A DNA stretch of 64,000 nt, from NCBI GenBank assembly GCA_002269645.1, contig NIVC01002065.1, positions 143,744 through 207,743 of the forward strand, given 5' to 3'. Positions 13,925 to 26,079 of the stretch are shown here, in pieces. Both the position numbers and the translations under genes were made by a program. The first letter of the stretch is position 1; each line of letters begins with the position of its first letter. The notes beneath the pieces were generated by a model that saw nothing but the letters and a program-made list of their open reading frames with translations, was not told where the DNA came from and searched no databases. The DNA comes from Macrostomum lignano (taxonomy: Eukaryota).

Positions 13925-15295
13925 ATTTTCAAATGAAAAAAACCATGGTCCCTTTCTATTTAAACAGGTGAAATTTAATTCAGACAATCTGTAGCCAAAA
14001 TATCCCCAAATGACATATATAAGTAGATTTAAAATTCAAAAGAAACTAGGTATATTCTATTTTGACAATCAATAAATATAAGACTAAAATGTAAAATAAT
14101 AAGTTAGTGTTAGTTAATCAACTTAGGGGCAATCTTTTATTCTTGTATATTAAATTATTTTTTATTAGTTGTTTAATTTAGGCCTAATTAGTATATGCAA
14201 AATGATGTAGCCTAAAAGATTTATCTATAGCACAAAGTTGACTATTAGTTGGGTGGTTAGACTTAACCAGTGGGCAGTCGATATGAAGCAGATGTATTAG
14301 ACTCAACTCAAGAAACTCAATTATTATAGTACACTAATAAACCATGGTTAGTTTTTTACTTGGTTTTTTGCCATTATTGCCATTAGATGTGCTTTTTAGG
14401 CTTATTGTCTTTATTTATTATAGGACTATCCATTATCAGCTTCATTAGTTGATAGGTAACAATCTATCTATTGAAATTTATTAATCTTTTCATGAATTTG
14501 TTATAGAATATATTATTTATCATTAAACAAAACAGATAATTAAATGTGCACAAATAAAAGATTGCCAACTTGAGCCATCTAACTACCAATTTCCTATCAA
14601 CCAAGGCAATGAAAGATATAAACATGGTTAAACCATTAGTGCACTTGTCCATAGAGATATAGCCAATGATTCTAGTGAAGCCAAGACCAAGAGCCAGTTT
14701 GGGCAATTGCCAACCCAATAATTTTGTTGGGAAGGGGCTTTGCCTTCCCAATAATATCTTTAAATCATACCAAGAATTATAATATAGCACAATGTACTAA
14801 TATATTGAAAAGGCTTCTTTATTTAAAAATACCAAAGTTTGCCTTTATGTTGTCTACCCAACATTTTTCTTCTTTTGGTGTAATTGCTACCTACTATATT
14901 GTATAACAGCCTTTATGAATTATGATATAATCTGTCACTATTAATTATAATAGCATATTGTCAAGGCTACTATTCCACAATCTCTTCCTTGAATTCTATT
15001 TCAACTCTATAAATTCCATTCTCTTCTAACAATTTATCATCTTCAATTTAATATTTTTAAGCATTTATACTAATTCTTGGTATGTTATTATATAGTCATA
15101 TAGTACAAAAATGAAAACAAAAAATAGACTAACTTATAAGAATATATCTATTTGTACAAATCTGTCAAAATAGAATGTAACATTCTTTTTATTTTAAATC
15201 TACTTATGCATATAACTTGGGGACAATTTTGGCTATAGATAGTCTAAATTAAAGTTTATCTGTTTCAACAGAAAAGGACTTCATTTGAAATTTGA
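13925..15295. repeat. Pair of degenerate long inverted repeats (~13925-14120 and ~15120-15295); old TIR/foldback element
   Basis: GTAGCCAAAATATCCCCAAATGACATATATAAGTAGATTTAAAA approximately matches the reverse complement of TTTTAAATCTACTTATGCATATAACTTGGGGACAATTTTGGCTAT. Confidence 0.55.
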
Positions 15296-16384
15296 ATTGA
15301 ATTTCCACAAGTGCTAAGGTTTCTTAGTGTTTGAATTGAAGTTTTACTTGGTTCTTTTGATCAAGACTTTGTTCAAAATAGGAGATGAAATAGTACTGTT
15401 TCTTCCTATATTCTATAATCTTGATTGCATTTATATGCAACATTGTAAGGTCTACATTGTTGGCTTTGCTATACATCTAATTTTGTGCCTTAATCTTATA
15501 TTTTTTTATAATTATGATCATGTTTGCCTTTGCTTTAACAGGCTGTGTCTAAGGATTGAGCAATGATAAGTTATAGAGAATAACCTAAGTTTTGAATATT
15601 GGCCTTGGATCTATAAACTATTTCCCTATCGTATAACATATTACTTTTATCTTTTTGTAAGTTTATAATAATAGGCCTGCTTAGTTTTAACTGCCCTTAA
15701 TAATTCTAGAGCTTAATACATTTTCTATCAATTTTTAATTTGTAGGCCTATATTATATTTTTAAAAGTATGCCTTTTAAGTTCATTCTAGTAGGTATATA
15801 CTCTAACCCATATACTTTGCTCCTAAAATCCTAAAGCACAAAAAATATACGCTCGTATACCAATAATCCTATATTCTATAAACCCTAAGCTATATTAGGA
15901 CTTCAATGATAGTTTTTTGACTTGTCAATATGTTTACAAAAGAAAAATTTGAAGAAAAAGGTTTTTTGCAAATGAATAACTTTGCAATGTAATTACAAAG
16001 AAAAAAACAAATGTGAACTAGAAGGAAAAGAAAAAAGAACTTTTCATAGAGAAAACATTTAAAAGCTAATTACTTAGCTTTCATTAGGATAATACAAACT
16101 GTCATCTTTTTCATCGAAATAGCTTTTTTTTAAATGACACAGAAAGGTACTTTTGTATTTTTAAATTTTCATTGGCCCAGGCCTATATTTCAATTAGTCT
16201 ATAATAAATTTACTTTTATTAGGAGCAACTAATTAGAAAGACAATATATGTATGCAAAACCTCTAAAATCATACTGGCTATAATTATATGGCTTAGTTTT
16301 TGCTAAAAAAACTAATGGTAGCAAATGAAGGTGCAGAGGGTAGCAACTGAAGAGTCAGAAGGGTAGAAGTGAAGATTTAGAGGG

Positions 16385-16950
16385 AAGCAACTGAAGAGTT
16401 GGGAGAGAAGCAACTGAAGAGTTGGGAGAGAAGCAACTGGAGAGTTGGGAGAGAAGCAACTGGAGAGTTGGGAGAGAAGCAACTGAAGAGTTGGGAGAGA
16501 AGCAACTGAAGAGTTGGGAGAGAAGCAACTGGAGAGTTGGGAGAGAAGCAACTGAAGAGTTGGGAGAGAAGCAACTGAAGAGTTGGGAGAGAAGCAACTG
16601 GAGAGTTGGGAGAGAAGCAACTGAAGAGTGTGGAGAGAAGCAACTGAAGAGTTGGGAGAGAAGCAACTGAAGAGTTGGGAGAGAAGCAACTGAAGAGTTG
16701 GGAGAGAAGCAACTGAAGAGTTGGGAGAGAAGCAACTGAAGAGTTGGGAGAGAAGCAACTGAAGAGTTGGGAGAGAAGCAACTGAAGAGTTGGGAGAGAA
16801 GCAACTGAAGAGTTGGGAGAGAAGCAACTGAAGAGTTGGGAGAGAAGCAACTGAAGAGTTGGGAGAGAAGCAACTGAAGAGTTGGGAGAGAAGCAACTGA
16901 AGAGTTGGGAGAGAAGCAACTGGAGAGTTGGGAAAGAAGCAACTGAAGAG
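16385..16950. repeat. 23-bp minisatellite (GAGTTGGGAGAGAAGCAACTGAA)n, ~24 copies
   Basis: Direct inspection. Confidence 0.95.
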
Positions 16951-17216
16951 TTGGGAGGGTAGCAACGGAATATTTGCAGAAAAGATTTAAGCTAATTGGC
17001 GAGGGATCTTGTCCCTTGGGTTTTTGCTCTTCGGTTATACAGGCACATACCTTTACTCCAGACATACAATGTGGGTTGCTTGCTTAGTGTAATCAGTGCC
17101 ATCAAGATAACGTTGTATTTAGCGGCCACGCCAAGTTTTACTTAGCAAATTCTAATAGCAAACATGCGCATATTGCATGGTGAGACAACAATCGTTACCT
17201 TGCTAGCATAGGCACA

Positions 17217-17504
17217 ATGAACAGATTCTATTGGTCCAGTTCAGATCTGGCACAGTCGGAGTCGCTCATCCTACAGCAGGACGGAGTCGGCTTATATGAC
17301 GGCGACACTCGTTTATCGGCGTTCGACTCCGGCCGGCTGACCCTTACCACCCACCGGGTGCTCTGGTGCGACAAAAATGACGTCATTGCCTTCAACTTGA
17401 AGGACGTGAAACGGGTTCGCTCGGAGACTGGCGGCCTGTTTAAATCCGCTAAACTGGTGGTCAACTTTCACGCCAAGGACCCGTCGGATGCTTGCTGGCG
17501 ACAG
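17217..17504 (+). CDS. VPS36: VPS36 exon 1 (GLUE domain)
   Basis: MNRFYWSS..QQDGVGLYDGD..FDSGRLTLTTHRVLW..KSAKLVV matches the VPS36/EAP45 N-terminus; donor CAG|GTAGAT, phase 0. Confidence 0.92.
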
Positions 17505-17519
17505 GTAGATTACATCTGA

Positions 17520-18325
17520 TAGCATCTGGGTAGCACCTGGTCTCTGATGAGTCAGTGGGTAGCATCTGGTCTCTGATGAGTCAGCGGGTAGCATCTGGTC
17601 TCTGATGAGTCAGTGGGTAGCAGCATCTGGTCTCTGATGAGTCAGTGGGTAGCAGCATCTGGTCTCTGATGAGTCAGTGGGTAGCATCTGGTCTCTGATG
17701 AGTCAGTGGGTAGCATCTGGTCTCTGATGAGTCAGTGGGTAGCATCTGGTCTCTGATGAGTCAGTGGGTAGCATCTGGTCTCTGATGAGTCAGTGGGTAG
17801 CATCTGGTCTCTGATGAGTCAGTGGGTAGCATCTGGTCTCTGATGAGTCAGTGGGTAGCATCTGGTCTCTGATGAGTCAGTGGGTAGCATCTGGTCTCTG
17901 ATGAGTCAGTGGGTAGCATCTTGTCTCTGATGAGTCAGTGAATAACATCTGGTCTCTGATGAGTCAGTGGATAGCATCTGGTCTCTGATGAGTCAGTGGG
18001 TAGCAGCATCTGGTCTCTGATGAGTCAGTGGGTAGCACCTGGTCTCTGATGAGTCAGTGGGTAGCATCTGGTCTCTGATGAGTCAGTGGGTAGCATCTGG
18101 TCTCTGATGAGTCAGTGGGTAGCATCTGGTCTCTGATGAGTCAGTGGGTAGCAGCTGGTCTCTGATGAGTCAGTGGGTAGCATCTGGTCTCTGATGAGTC
18201 AGTGGGTAGCAGCTGGTCTCTGATGAGTCAGTGGGTAGCATCTGGTCTCTGATGAGTCAGTGGGTAGCACCTGGTCTCTGATGAGTCAGTGAATAGCATC
18301 TGGTCCTTGATGAGTCAGTGGGTAG
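17520..18325. repeat. 29-bp minisatellite (AGCATCTGGTCTCTGATGAGTCAGTGGGT)n, ~27 copies, VPS36 intron 1
   Basis: Direct inspection. Confidence 0.95.
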
Positions 18326-18412
18326 ACTGGCAACAGACTTGAGTCAGAGAGAAAGGATCTAAGCTGATAAGCGAAGAATATTCGCTCTTTAGTCATGCAC
18401 TGTACTGAGCAG

Positions 18413-18865
18413 GCCGCCCCCTTCCCTCCCGGCATGCAGGGCGGACCGCTGGCCAAGTCCGATCAGGACTATATAAAAATTGCCTTCCGTCAGGCTGGCG
18501 ACATCGAGTTCCTAGCCGGCATTGAGGAGGCTCTGCGCAACAAAGTCTGGGCTAAGCAGGCGCCGGCTGCGGCTTCGCAGCGTCACTTCGGCATCGGCGG
18601 CATCGAGAGGCGCATGGCTGAGCAGCGTAAAACTGCGGACAGGAGCATCGCCGAGGCGTTCGACGATTTGGACGCGCTGATGCGCCTAGCCGAGCCTATG
18701 GTGTCCATGACCAAAGCGGTGGCGCAGCGGATGCGGGACAAAGCTCCGCCTGAGGATGAAGCTGCTCAGCTCAAACAGCACCTGCTGGCTATGGGCGTGC
18801 AAGATCCAATTACTAGAGAGCAGTACGGTGGCGGATCGCATTATTTTAATAGCCTGGCCAAGCAG
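18413..18865 (+). CDS. VPS36: VPS36 exon 2
   Basis: YIKIAF..GIGGIERR..IAEAFDDLDALM..LLAMGVQDPITRE..LAKQ; acceptor GAGCAG|, donor CAG|GTTAGC, phase 0/0. Confidence 0.9.
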
Positions 18866-18904
18866 GTTAGCTGATAGTGTGTTCATTTTATTAGCCTGGT
18901 AGCG

Positions 18905-19235
18905 AAAGGCGGAGTCCTGCTGAGTGAGTGAGTAGTGAATGGCGGAGTCCTGCTGAGTGAGTGAGTAGTGAATGGCGGAGTCCTGCTGAGTGAGTGAATA
19001 AGGAATGGCAGAGTCCTGCTGAGTGAGTGAATAAGGAATGGCAGAGTCCTGCTGAGTGAGTGAATAAGGAATGGCAGAGTCCTGCTGAGTGAGTGAATAA
19101 GGAATGGCAGAGTCCTGCTGAGTGAGTGAATAAGGAATGGCAGAGTCCTGCTGAGTGAGTGAATAAGGAATGGCAGAGTCCTGCTGAGTGAGTAGGGAAT
19201 GGCAAAGTCCTGCTGAGTGAGTGAGTAGAGAGTGG
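18905..19235. repeat. 33-bp minisatellite (GAATGGCAGAGTCCTGCTGAGTGAGTGAATAAG)n, VPS36 intron 2
   Basis: Direct inspection. Confidence 0.9.
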
Positions 19236-19295
19236 CGGAAAAGCTCGCATACAGGACAGCATAGACACCTATATCACCGCAACTTTCCTCAACAG

Positions 19296-19730
19296 GTGAG
19301 CGAATTCCTAGAGCAGCCGCTTCGCGAACGCAGCGGCGTAATGACCCTGACAGACGCCTACTGCCTGTACAATCGGGCTCGGGGACTCGACCTGATCTCG
19401 CCGGAGGATCTGGTTGCGGCGGCGCGGGCCATGAGCCAGCTGGGCTTGGCAGTCAGGCTGCACACCTTCGATAGCGGCGTTATGGTGCTGCAGCTGGCCA
19501 GCCACAATCAGCAGGCGGCGCTGGAGTCAGCGGCCGAGGCTGTCAGGCAGCGGGGCCACCTCACCGCCCAGGAGCTGTCCAGAGCTGCCGGCCTGTCCGT
19601 CACGCTGGCCAGAGAGCGGCTGCTGCTCACTGAAGCAGCCGGGCTCACCTGTCGCGACGACGCCGTCGAGGGACTGGCTTTTTATCCTAATCTGTTCGAC
19701 ACGTTTCCAGTTGAGACTGTGGCAGAATAG
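19296..19730 (+). CDS. VPS36: VPS36 exon 3 (winged-helix C-terminus); spliced product ~391 aa
   Basis: GVMTLTDAYCLYNRARGLDLISPEDL..FDSGVMVLQL..ERLLLTE..CRDDAVEGLAFYPNLF; acceptor TCAACAG|. Confidence 0.93.
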   Translation: MSEFLEQPLRERSGVMTLTDAYCLYNRARGLDLISPEDLVAAARAMSQLGLAVRLHTFDSGVMVLQLASHNQQAALESAAEAVRQRGHLTAQELSRAAGLSVTLARERLLLTEAAGLTCRDDAVEGLAFYPNLFDTFPVETVAE

Positions 19731-19799
19731 GTTGAAGTTCTATTTGTAGGAACTGTTTAAATATTATTTTGCCGCATACATCAGAATTTAGAGCTAAAG

Positions 19800-20792
19800 A
19801 CAGACTTTTGTAAGGGCAGACTTCTGTAAGGACAGACTTCTGTAAGGGCAGACTTCTGACAGACTTCTGTAAGGACAGACTTCTGTAAGGACAGACTTCT
19901 GACAGACTTCTGTAAGGACAGACTTCTGTAAGGACAGACTTCTGTAAGGACAGACTTCTGTAAGGACAGACTTCTGTAAGGATAGACTTCTGTAAGGACA
20001 GACTTCTGTAAGGACAGACTTCTGTAAGGACAGACTTCTGTAAGGACAGACTTCTGTAAGGGCAGACTTCTGTAAGGGCAGACTTCTGTAAGGGCAGACT
20101 TCTGACAGACTTCTGTAAGAACAGACCTCTGTAAGGACAGACTTCTGTAAGGACAGACTTCTGTAAGGACAGACTTCTGTAAGGACAGACTTCTGTAAGG
20201 ACAGACTTCTGTAAGGGCAGACTTCTGACAGACTTCTGTAAGGGCAGACTTCTGACAGACTTCTGTAAGGGCAGACTTCTGTAAGGACAGACTTCTGTAA
20301 GGGCAGACTTCTGTAAGGAAAGACTTCTGTAAGGACAGACTTCTGACAGACTTCTGTATAAAAGGCTTCTGTAAGGACAGGCTTCTGTAAGGACAGACTT
20401 CTGTAAGGACAGACTTCTGACAGACTTCTGTAGGGGCAGACTTCTGACAGACTTCTGTAAGGGCAGACTTCTGACAGACTTCTGTAACGGCAGACTTCTG
20501 TAGCGGCAGACTTCTGTAAGGGCAGACTTCTGTAAGGGTAGACTTCTGTAAGAACAGACTTCTGTAAGGACAGGCTTCTGTAAGGACAGACTTCTGTAAG
20601 GGCAGACTTCTGTAAGGACAGACTTCTGTAAGGGCAGACTTCTGTAAGGGCAGACTTCTGTAAGGACAGACTTCTGTAAGGGCAGACTTCTGTAAGAACA
20701 GACTTCTGTAAGGACAGACTTCTGTAAGGACAGACTTCTGTAAGGACAGACTTCTGTAAGGACAGACTTCTGTAAGGACAGACTTCTGTAAG
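19800..20792. repeat. 16-bp (with 12-bp variant) minisatellite (GACAGACTTCTGTAAG)n
   Basis: Direct inspection. Confidence 0.95.
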
Positions 20793-21217
20793 GCAAAATA
20801 CAAGTATGCGAAAATTTGTGGCTCCATCTTACATACCTGACTCAAAAATGATGCCATTAATGCTTATTAATATGATTGCTTATTGCCATGTTTTTTTGTT
20901 TATACTTAAATAAATATATTCGATTTGATTACTTATGCACAATACAGAACGAAATATTGATGATAAAGTTCATTCAATAGTCTTACAGAGCCTTTGTTTT
21001 AACTAAAATTTGAAGAAAAAAATTGTCTTTCTGATCTGCCTAATTTTAGTAGTGCGTCCAGCACGTTACTTAAAGCAGTTTCTGTAAAAACAATAACAAG
21101 CGCTGTCAATTTGAAGGTCATAAAAGGTAGATAAACTTACTTCTGAAATGCAAGTATATTTCCTTTGCATTTCTTTGTTTATTTGCGCTTCTAACTCTTA
21201 TTGATTGACTGACAAAT

Positions 21218-22350
21218 GAGAATCGCCCCTCACTACCCTTTGAGAATCGCCCCTCACTATCCTATGAGAATCGCCCCTCACTATCCTATGACAATCGCCC
21301 CTCATTATCCTATGAGAATCGCCCCTCACTATCCTACTAGAATCGCCCCTCACTATCCCACTAGAATCGCCCCTCACTATCCTATGAGATTCGCCCTTCA
21401 CTATCCTATGAGAATCGCCCCTTCACTATCCTGTGAGATTCGCCCTTCACTATCCTACTAGAATCGCCCCTCACTATCCTATGAGAATCGCCCTCACTAT
21501 CCTATGAGAATCGCTTCTCACTATCCTATGAGAATCGCCCCTCACTGTCCTATTAGAATCGCCCCTCACTGTCCTATGAGAATCGCCCCTCACTATCCTA
21601 TGAGAATCGCCCCTCACTGTCCTATGAGAATCGCCCCTCACTATTCTATGAGAATCGCCCTCACTATCCTATGAGAATCGCCCCTCACTATCCTATGAGA
21701 ATCGCTTCTCACTATCCTATGAGAATCGCCCCTCACTATCCTATGAGAATCGCCCCTCACTATTCTATGAGAATCGCCCTCACTATCCTATGAGAATCGC
21801 CCCTCACTATCCTATGAGAATCGCTTCTCACTATCCTATGAGAATCGCCCCTCACTATCCTATGAGAATCGCCCCTCACTGTCCTATGAGAATCGCCCTC
21901 ACTATCCTATGAGAATCGCCCTCACTATCCTATGACAATCGCCCCTCACTATCCTATGAGAATCGCCCCTCACTATCCTATGAGAATCGCCCCTCATTAT
22001 CCTTTGAGAATCGCCCCTCACTATCCCACTAGAATCGCCCCTCACTATCCTATTAGGATCGCTCCTTCACTATCCTATGAGAATCGCCCCTTCACTATCC
22101 TGTGAGATTCGCCCCTCACTATCCTACTAGAATCGCCCCTCACTATCCTATGAGAATCGCTTCTCACTATCCTATGAGAATCGCCCCTCACTGTCCTATG
22201 AGAATCGCCCCTCACTATCCTATGAGAATCGCCCCTCACTATCCTATGAGAATCGCCCCTCACTATCCTATGAGAATCGCCCCTCACTATCCTATGAGAA
22301 TTGCCCCTCACTATCCTATGAGAATCGCCCCTCACTATCCTATGACAATC
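21218..22350. repeat. 24-bp minisatellite (GAGAATCGCCCCTCACTATCCTAT)n, ~47 copies
   Basis: Direct inspection. Confidence 0.95.
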
Positions 22351-22612
22351 GCTCCTTATGTCACTTTCTATCTTTTATCCTTAGCAAGTACCTCTGTTCT
22401 TATTCTTACTATTCGGTATTTTACTGGCTCCTACGATTGAAAACTGCCTTGTTATTCTATGTAATGAAAGCCCTATTCGCCCCTGAACTTCATCGATTGG
22501 TTAAAAATCGCCCTTTAACACAGCTGTAAGAATCGCAGGATATCTCATCTGCTAGGAGTAAATCATTTAACCATAAATAGATGAAATTTGAAATCCCTGT
22601 CTCGCCTTGCAG

Positions 22613-22959
22613 GCGTTCGCGTCGCCATTCGAGGCTGATCCGCAGCTGTCGCTGAAAATCCTCTGCGAGCCGGCACCCAGCAGCCGCTTCCGCTACGTTG
22701 GCGAAGTGGAGCAGTTTCGCGTCAGCGCAGGGCCCAAAGCCATTGGCAGCGTTCTGTATGGCGGTCGGCCGGTAGACAAGAACAGTCGCGTCACCCTGCA
22801 GCTGCAAGCGAATCGGCCGACAGACGCCGCTTTGTTCGCCTTTCTGGTCAGAGCGAACCAGTCTGACAAGCTGCACGTGTTCGAACTGATTGGTATCGAC
22901 TGCGAGTGCGGCTTCCTGTACTCTAAGTTCCGGTTGGACAATGGACCGCAGGAGCTCAA
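22613..22959 (+). CDS. Rel/NF-kB-like gene, first identifiable exon (RHD N-terminal part); start-codon exon not located
   Basis: LKILCEPAPSSRFRYVGE and KLHVFELIGIDCECG parallel Rel LQILEQPKQRGFRFRYVCE and HPHELVGKDCRDG; acceptor CCTTGCAG|, donor CTCAA|GTGAGT. Confidence 0.8.
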
Positions 22960-22969
22960 GTGAGTCGCT

Positions 22970-23024
22970 GTAGATAGATGAATAGATAGATAGATAAATG
23001 ATAGATAGATGGATAGATAGATAA

Positions 23025-23056
<32 letters not shown>

Positions 23057-23505
23057 ATGATAGATGGATAGATAGTAGATAGCGAGAAAGAGCGAGCGAA
23101 GCGAGCTCTTTCGAGCTTGCTTGCCGCAGCCAATCAAGCTGAAAGCACGCACACAAGATCACCGGAAACGATTAAGGCAGCTGGAAAGCCAATGGGCGCG
23201 GTAAGCGCTTTTATCCAGAGGAACTACCTGCTGGAACCAGCCATGCCGAACGAAAATCAGACTACTCAAGTAGTGCAAAAGAGTACGTGCAACTACCGAG
23301 AAATCTAATTTTCGTAACCGCTCCGGTGCAGGTCCTGGCTATAGATAGTAGATAGCGAGAAAGAGCGAGCGAAGCGAGCGAATAGATAGATGGATAGATA
23401 GATAGATAGATAGATAGATAAATGATAGATAGATGGATAGATAGATAGATAGATAGATAGATAAATGATAGATAGATGGATAGATAGATAGATAGATAGA
23501 TAAAT

Positions 23506-23600
<95 letters not shown>

Positions 23601-23718
23601 GGATAGATAGATAGATAGATAGATAGATAAATGATAGATAGATGGATAGATAGATAGATAGATAGATAGATAAATGATAGATAGATGGATAGATAGATAG
23701 ATAGATAGATAGATAAAT

Positions 23719-23801
<83 letters not shown>

Positions 23802-23815
23802 GATAGATAGATAGA
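22970..23815. repeat. (GATA)n microsatellite interrupted by a unique segment
   Basis: Direct inspection. Confidence 0.95.
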
Positions 23816-24629
23816 TTTATAAAAGTAAAAAAATCAATAAAACAGGCTTATGATCTGCTTTCAGTAACACAATCCTGATTTTCCCATCTTAGTGTTAGAA
23901 TTTTTCGTGTCAAGTCAAACAGAACAGTATTCCGTCTTTCCACTTTAAGTCGCCGTTGAGTCCGTACTCATTGGAGTCAATGCGGACTCAATGCTTGGCT
24001 GAAAGTGTAAAAATGACGATTAAAGCGCTTCTCAAAATTCGAGTAGCTACAGTACTCAGTACTCAGAATCCGATGCTTAGCTAGCAAAGCTAAGGTCAAT
24101 TATGAGTCTGCATCACGTGCCAGTAGCTGTTGTCAACAACTGCTGCGCTCCCATGCGCCAGCTTTGGAGTACTACTCAAGAGATTCTATACAGATGCGGA
24201 CGCCTCTTAATGAGCGGGAAACAGTGTGGAGCGCCGCACGCTTTATAAAAAATGTTTCTTTACGTTGGAATGAAAAGCTTTTTGCCGCATCGCAGTCGCT
24301 GCTTTCCGCCCTCTTTGTCGTCTTAAAGAATTGCTGCATTGGTGAGAGGCAAAATTTCCCATTAATTATCTTGGCATGAATATTTCATAAGCGTACTTTA
24401 GCGATGCATTTGGATGGCTTCTGTATTGAAATTTCGACATAGTGTCTGGAATAGAAACTTCAGCCAGATGGAAAAGCAAGGATTTTTATATATATAAAAA
24501 GGAACGAAACTGCTACCAAAACTTATAGCCGTTTAGACTTAGACTTAGCTGTACAAGCTATTTTTTTTCAAATCCACGGCTTCCAACTCCTAGAGATTTC
24601 ATGCTTAAAATGCTTAAAATACGAGACTT

Positions 24630-25120
24630 GGAGTTCTAGTCCCAGCATCTGGAGTGAAAACTACTGACAAGTCCATGGAGTTCTAACTCTTAAACCAGGA
24701 ACTGAAACGCTGATGAGAAATCTTGAGTTCTAGACCCGGAGTCTGAATTAAAAGCTACAGCCAAGTCCATGGAGTTCTAACTCTTAAACCAGGAACTGAA
24801 ACGCTGATGAGAAATCTTTGAGTTCTAGTCCCAGCATCTGGAGTGAAAGCTACAGCCAAGTCCATGGAGTTCTAATTCTTAAACCAGGAACAGCAACGCT
24901 GATGAGAAGTCATTGAGTTCTAGTCCCAGCATCTGGAGTGAAAGCTACAGCCAAGTCCATGGAGTTCTAATCCTTAAACCAGGAACAGCAACGCTGATGA
25001 GAAATCTTTGAGTTCTAGTCCCAGCATCTGGAGTGAAAGCTACAGCCAAGTCCATGGAGTTCTAATCCTTAAACCAGGAACAGCAACGCTGATGAGAAGT
25101 CATTGAGTTCTAGACCCGGG
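24630..25120. repeat. ~95-bp tandem repeat, ~5 copies, each made of two GAGTTCTA-initiated subunits
   Basis: Units begin near 24630, 24725, 24820, 24916, 25011 and 25106. Confidence 0.85.
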
Positions 25121-26079
25121 ATTGTTAATTCAAAACTACTGCGAAATGCTTGGAGTTTTGTATGGCGTGCTATTTTACCTGGCCTGCTCTAACAGCTATT
25201 TATTATGCGCCGTGCCTCGTCTACCTGCAGTTTTTCATTCCGGAAAAATGAAAGAAACGGCCACGCCACACCATAACTATTGCGCCCAGATCTAGACTCA
25301 GCCAGTTCTTGGGATGAAATTCCCCTCATATTTTATGCTATTGCCTCGCGTGCAACTGGCCAATGAGACTATTGCTAATGCTCACTAGCTGGACTATTGA
25401 GTTTCATTGTTGAATAGTGGCATAGCTCAGGTTTTTTCTGCTTTTTTTAATTGAATTGTCCAACGGCTGTGCTGTCCAATCATTCTATTTTAACGAGCGA
25501 CTTGCCTCAGCTAGTTATATGAATGGCGTTGATAATAGTTCCGCCGACTATTGGACTGGCGCCAGTATCCAGTTGGAACTGCAAATTGTATTTTTAGCTT
25601 TACGATTATAGAAAAAAATAATAATACAAGGTCGGGGTTGACTTTGACACGAGCGCGTTTACGAGTAATCGTTTTCGTCTTTAAAATGGAAAAAATACGA
25701 GTATGTTTATTTTTTTAATTTCAGTTCATATTTTTCTTTAAAAAACTATCATAGCTCTAACTATGATGTTTTGTTTAAAATAATATGATTCTTTTGCAGT
25801 GGTTCAGTGGAAAAAAAATCATGCATTTTTATGATAGAACGAAGCAGAGAAACATTAGTATGCTCTGGTTAACAATTGGCTGGTGGTGAAAACGTATCGC
25901 ATATGTTTTTGGGTGTTCTATAAAAATAAAAGCACAAAAACTCTATAGCTCAATTAATTTTAAAAAGTTATCTGAAAAAAATTGTTGTATGTTATCAGTT
26001 ATTTGTATCAGATGATAGCGGTTGGTTTTGCTGCTTCTGTTGGCTGTTGTTGACTCTTGCTTGCTAATCAACCGAATCA

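Noticed and set aside
17217-19730. Functional link between VPS36 (ESCRT-II) and the provirus late domains
   Set aside because: They are 32 kb apart, the insertion is recent, and PTAP/PPxY/LYPxL bind ESCRT-I, NEDD4 and ALIX rather than VPS36. Proximity is most likely chance.
16312-22440. Long ORFs in the track (e.g. 16312-17065, 19687-20857, 21198-22440) and similar ones at 2578-3244, 28997-29601, 40357-41338, 44492-45362 and 46384-47061
   Set aside because: They are translations of stop-free tandem repeats, with no coding signature or domains.
17520-25120. Regular repeats resembling a CRISPR array
   Set aside because: Units are head-to-tail with no unique spacers, there are no cas genes, and the context is eukaryotic introns.
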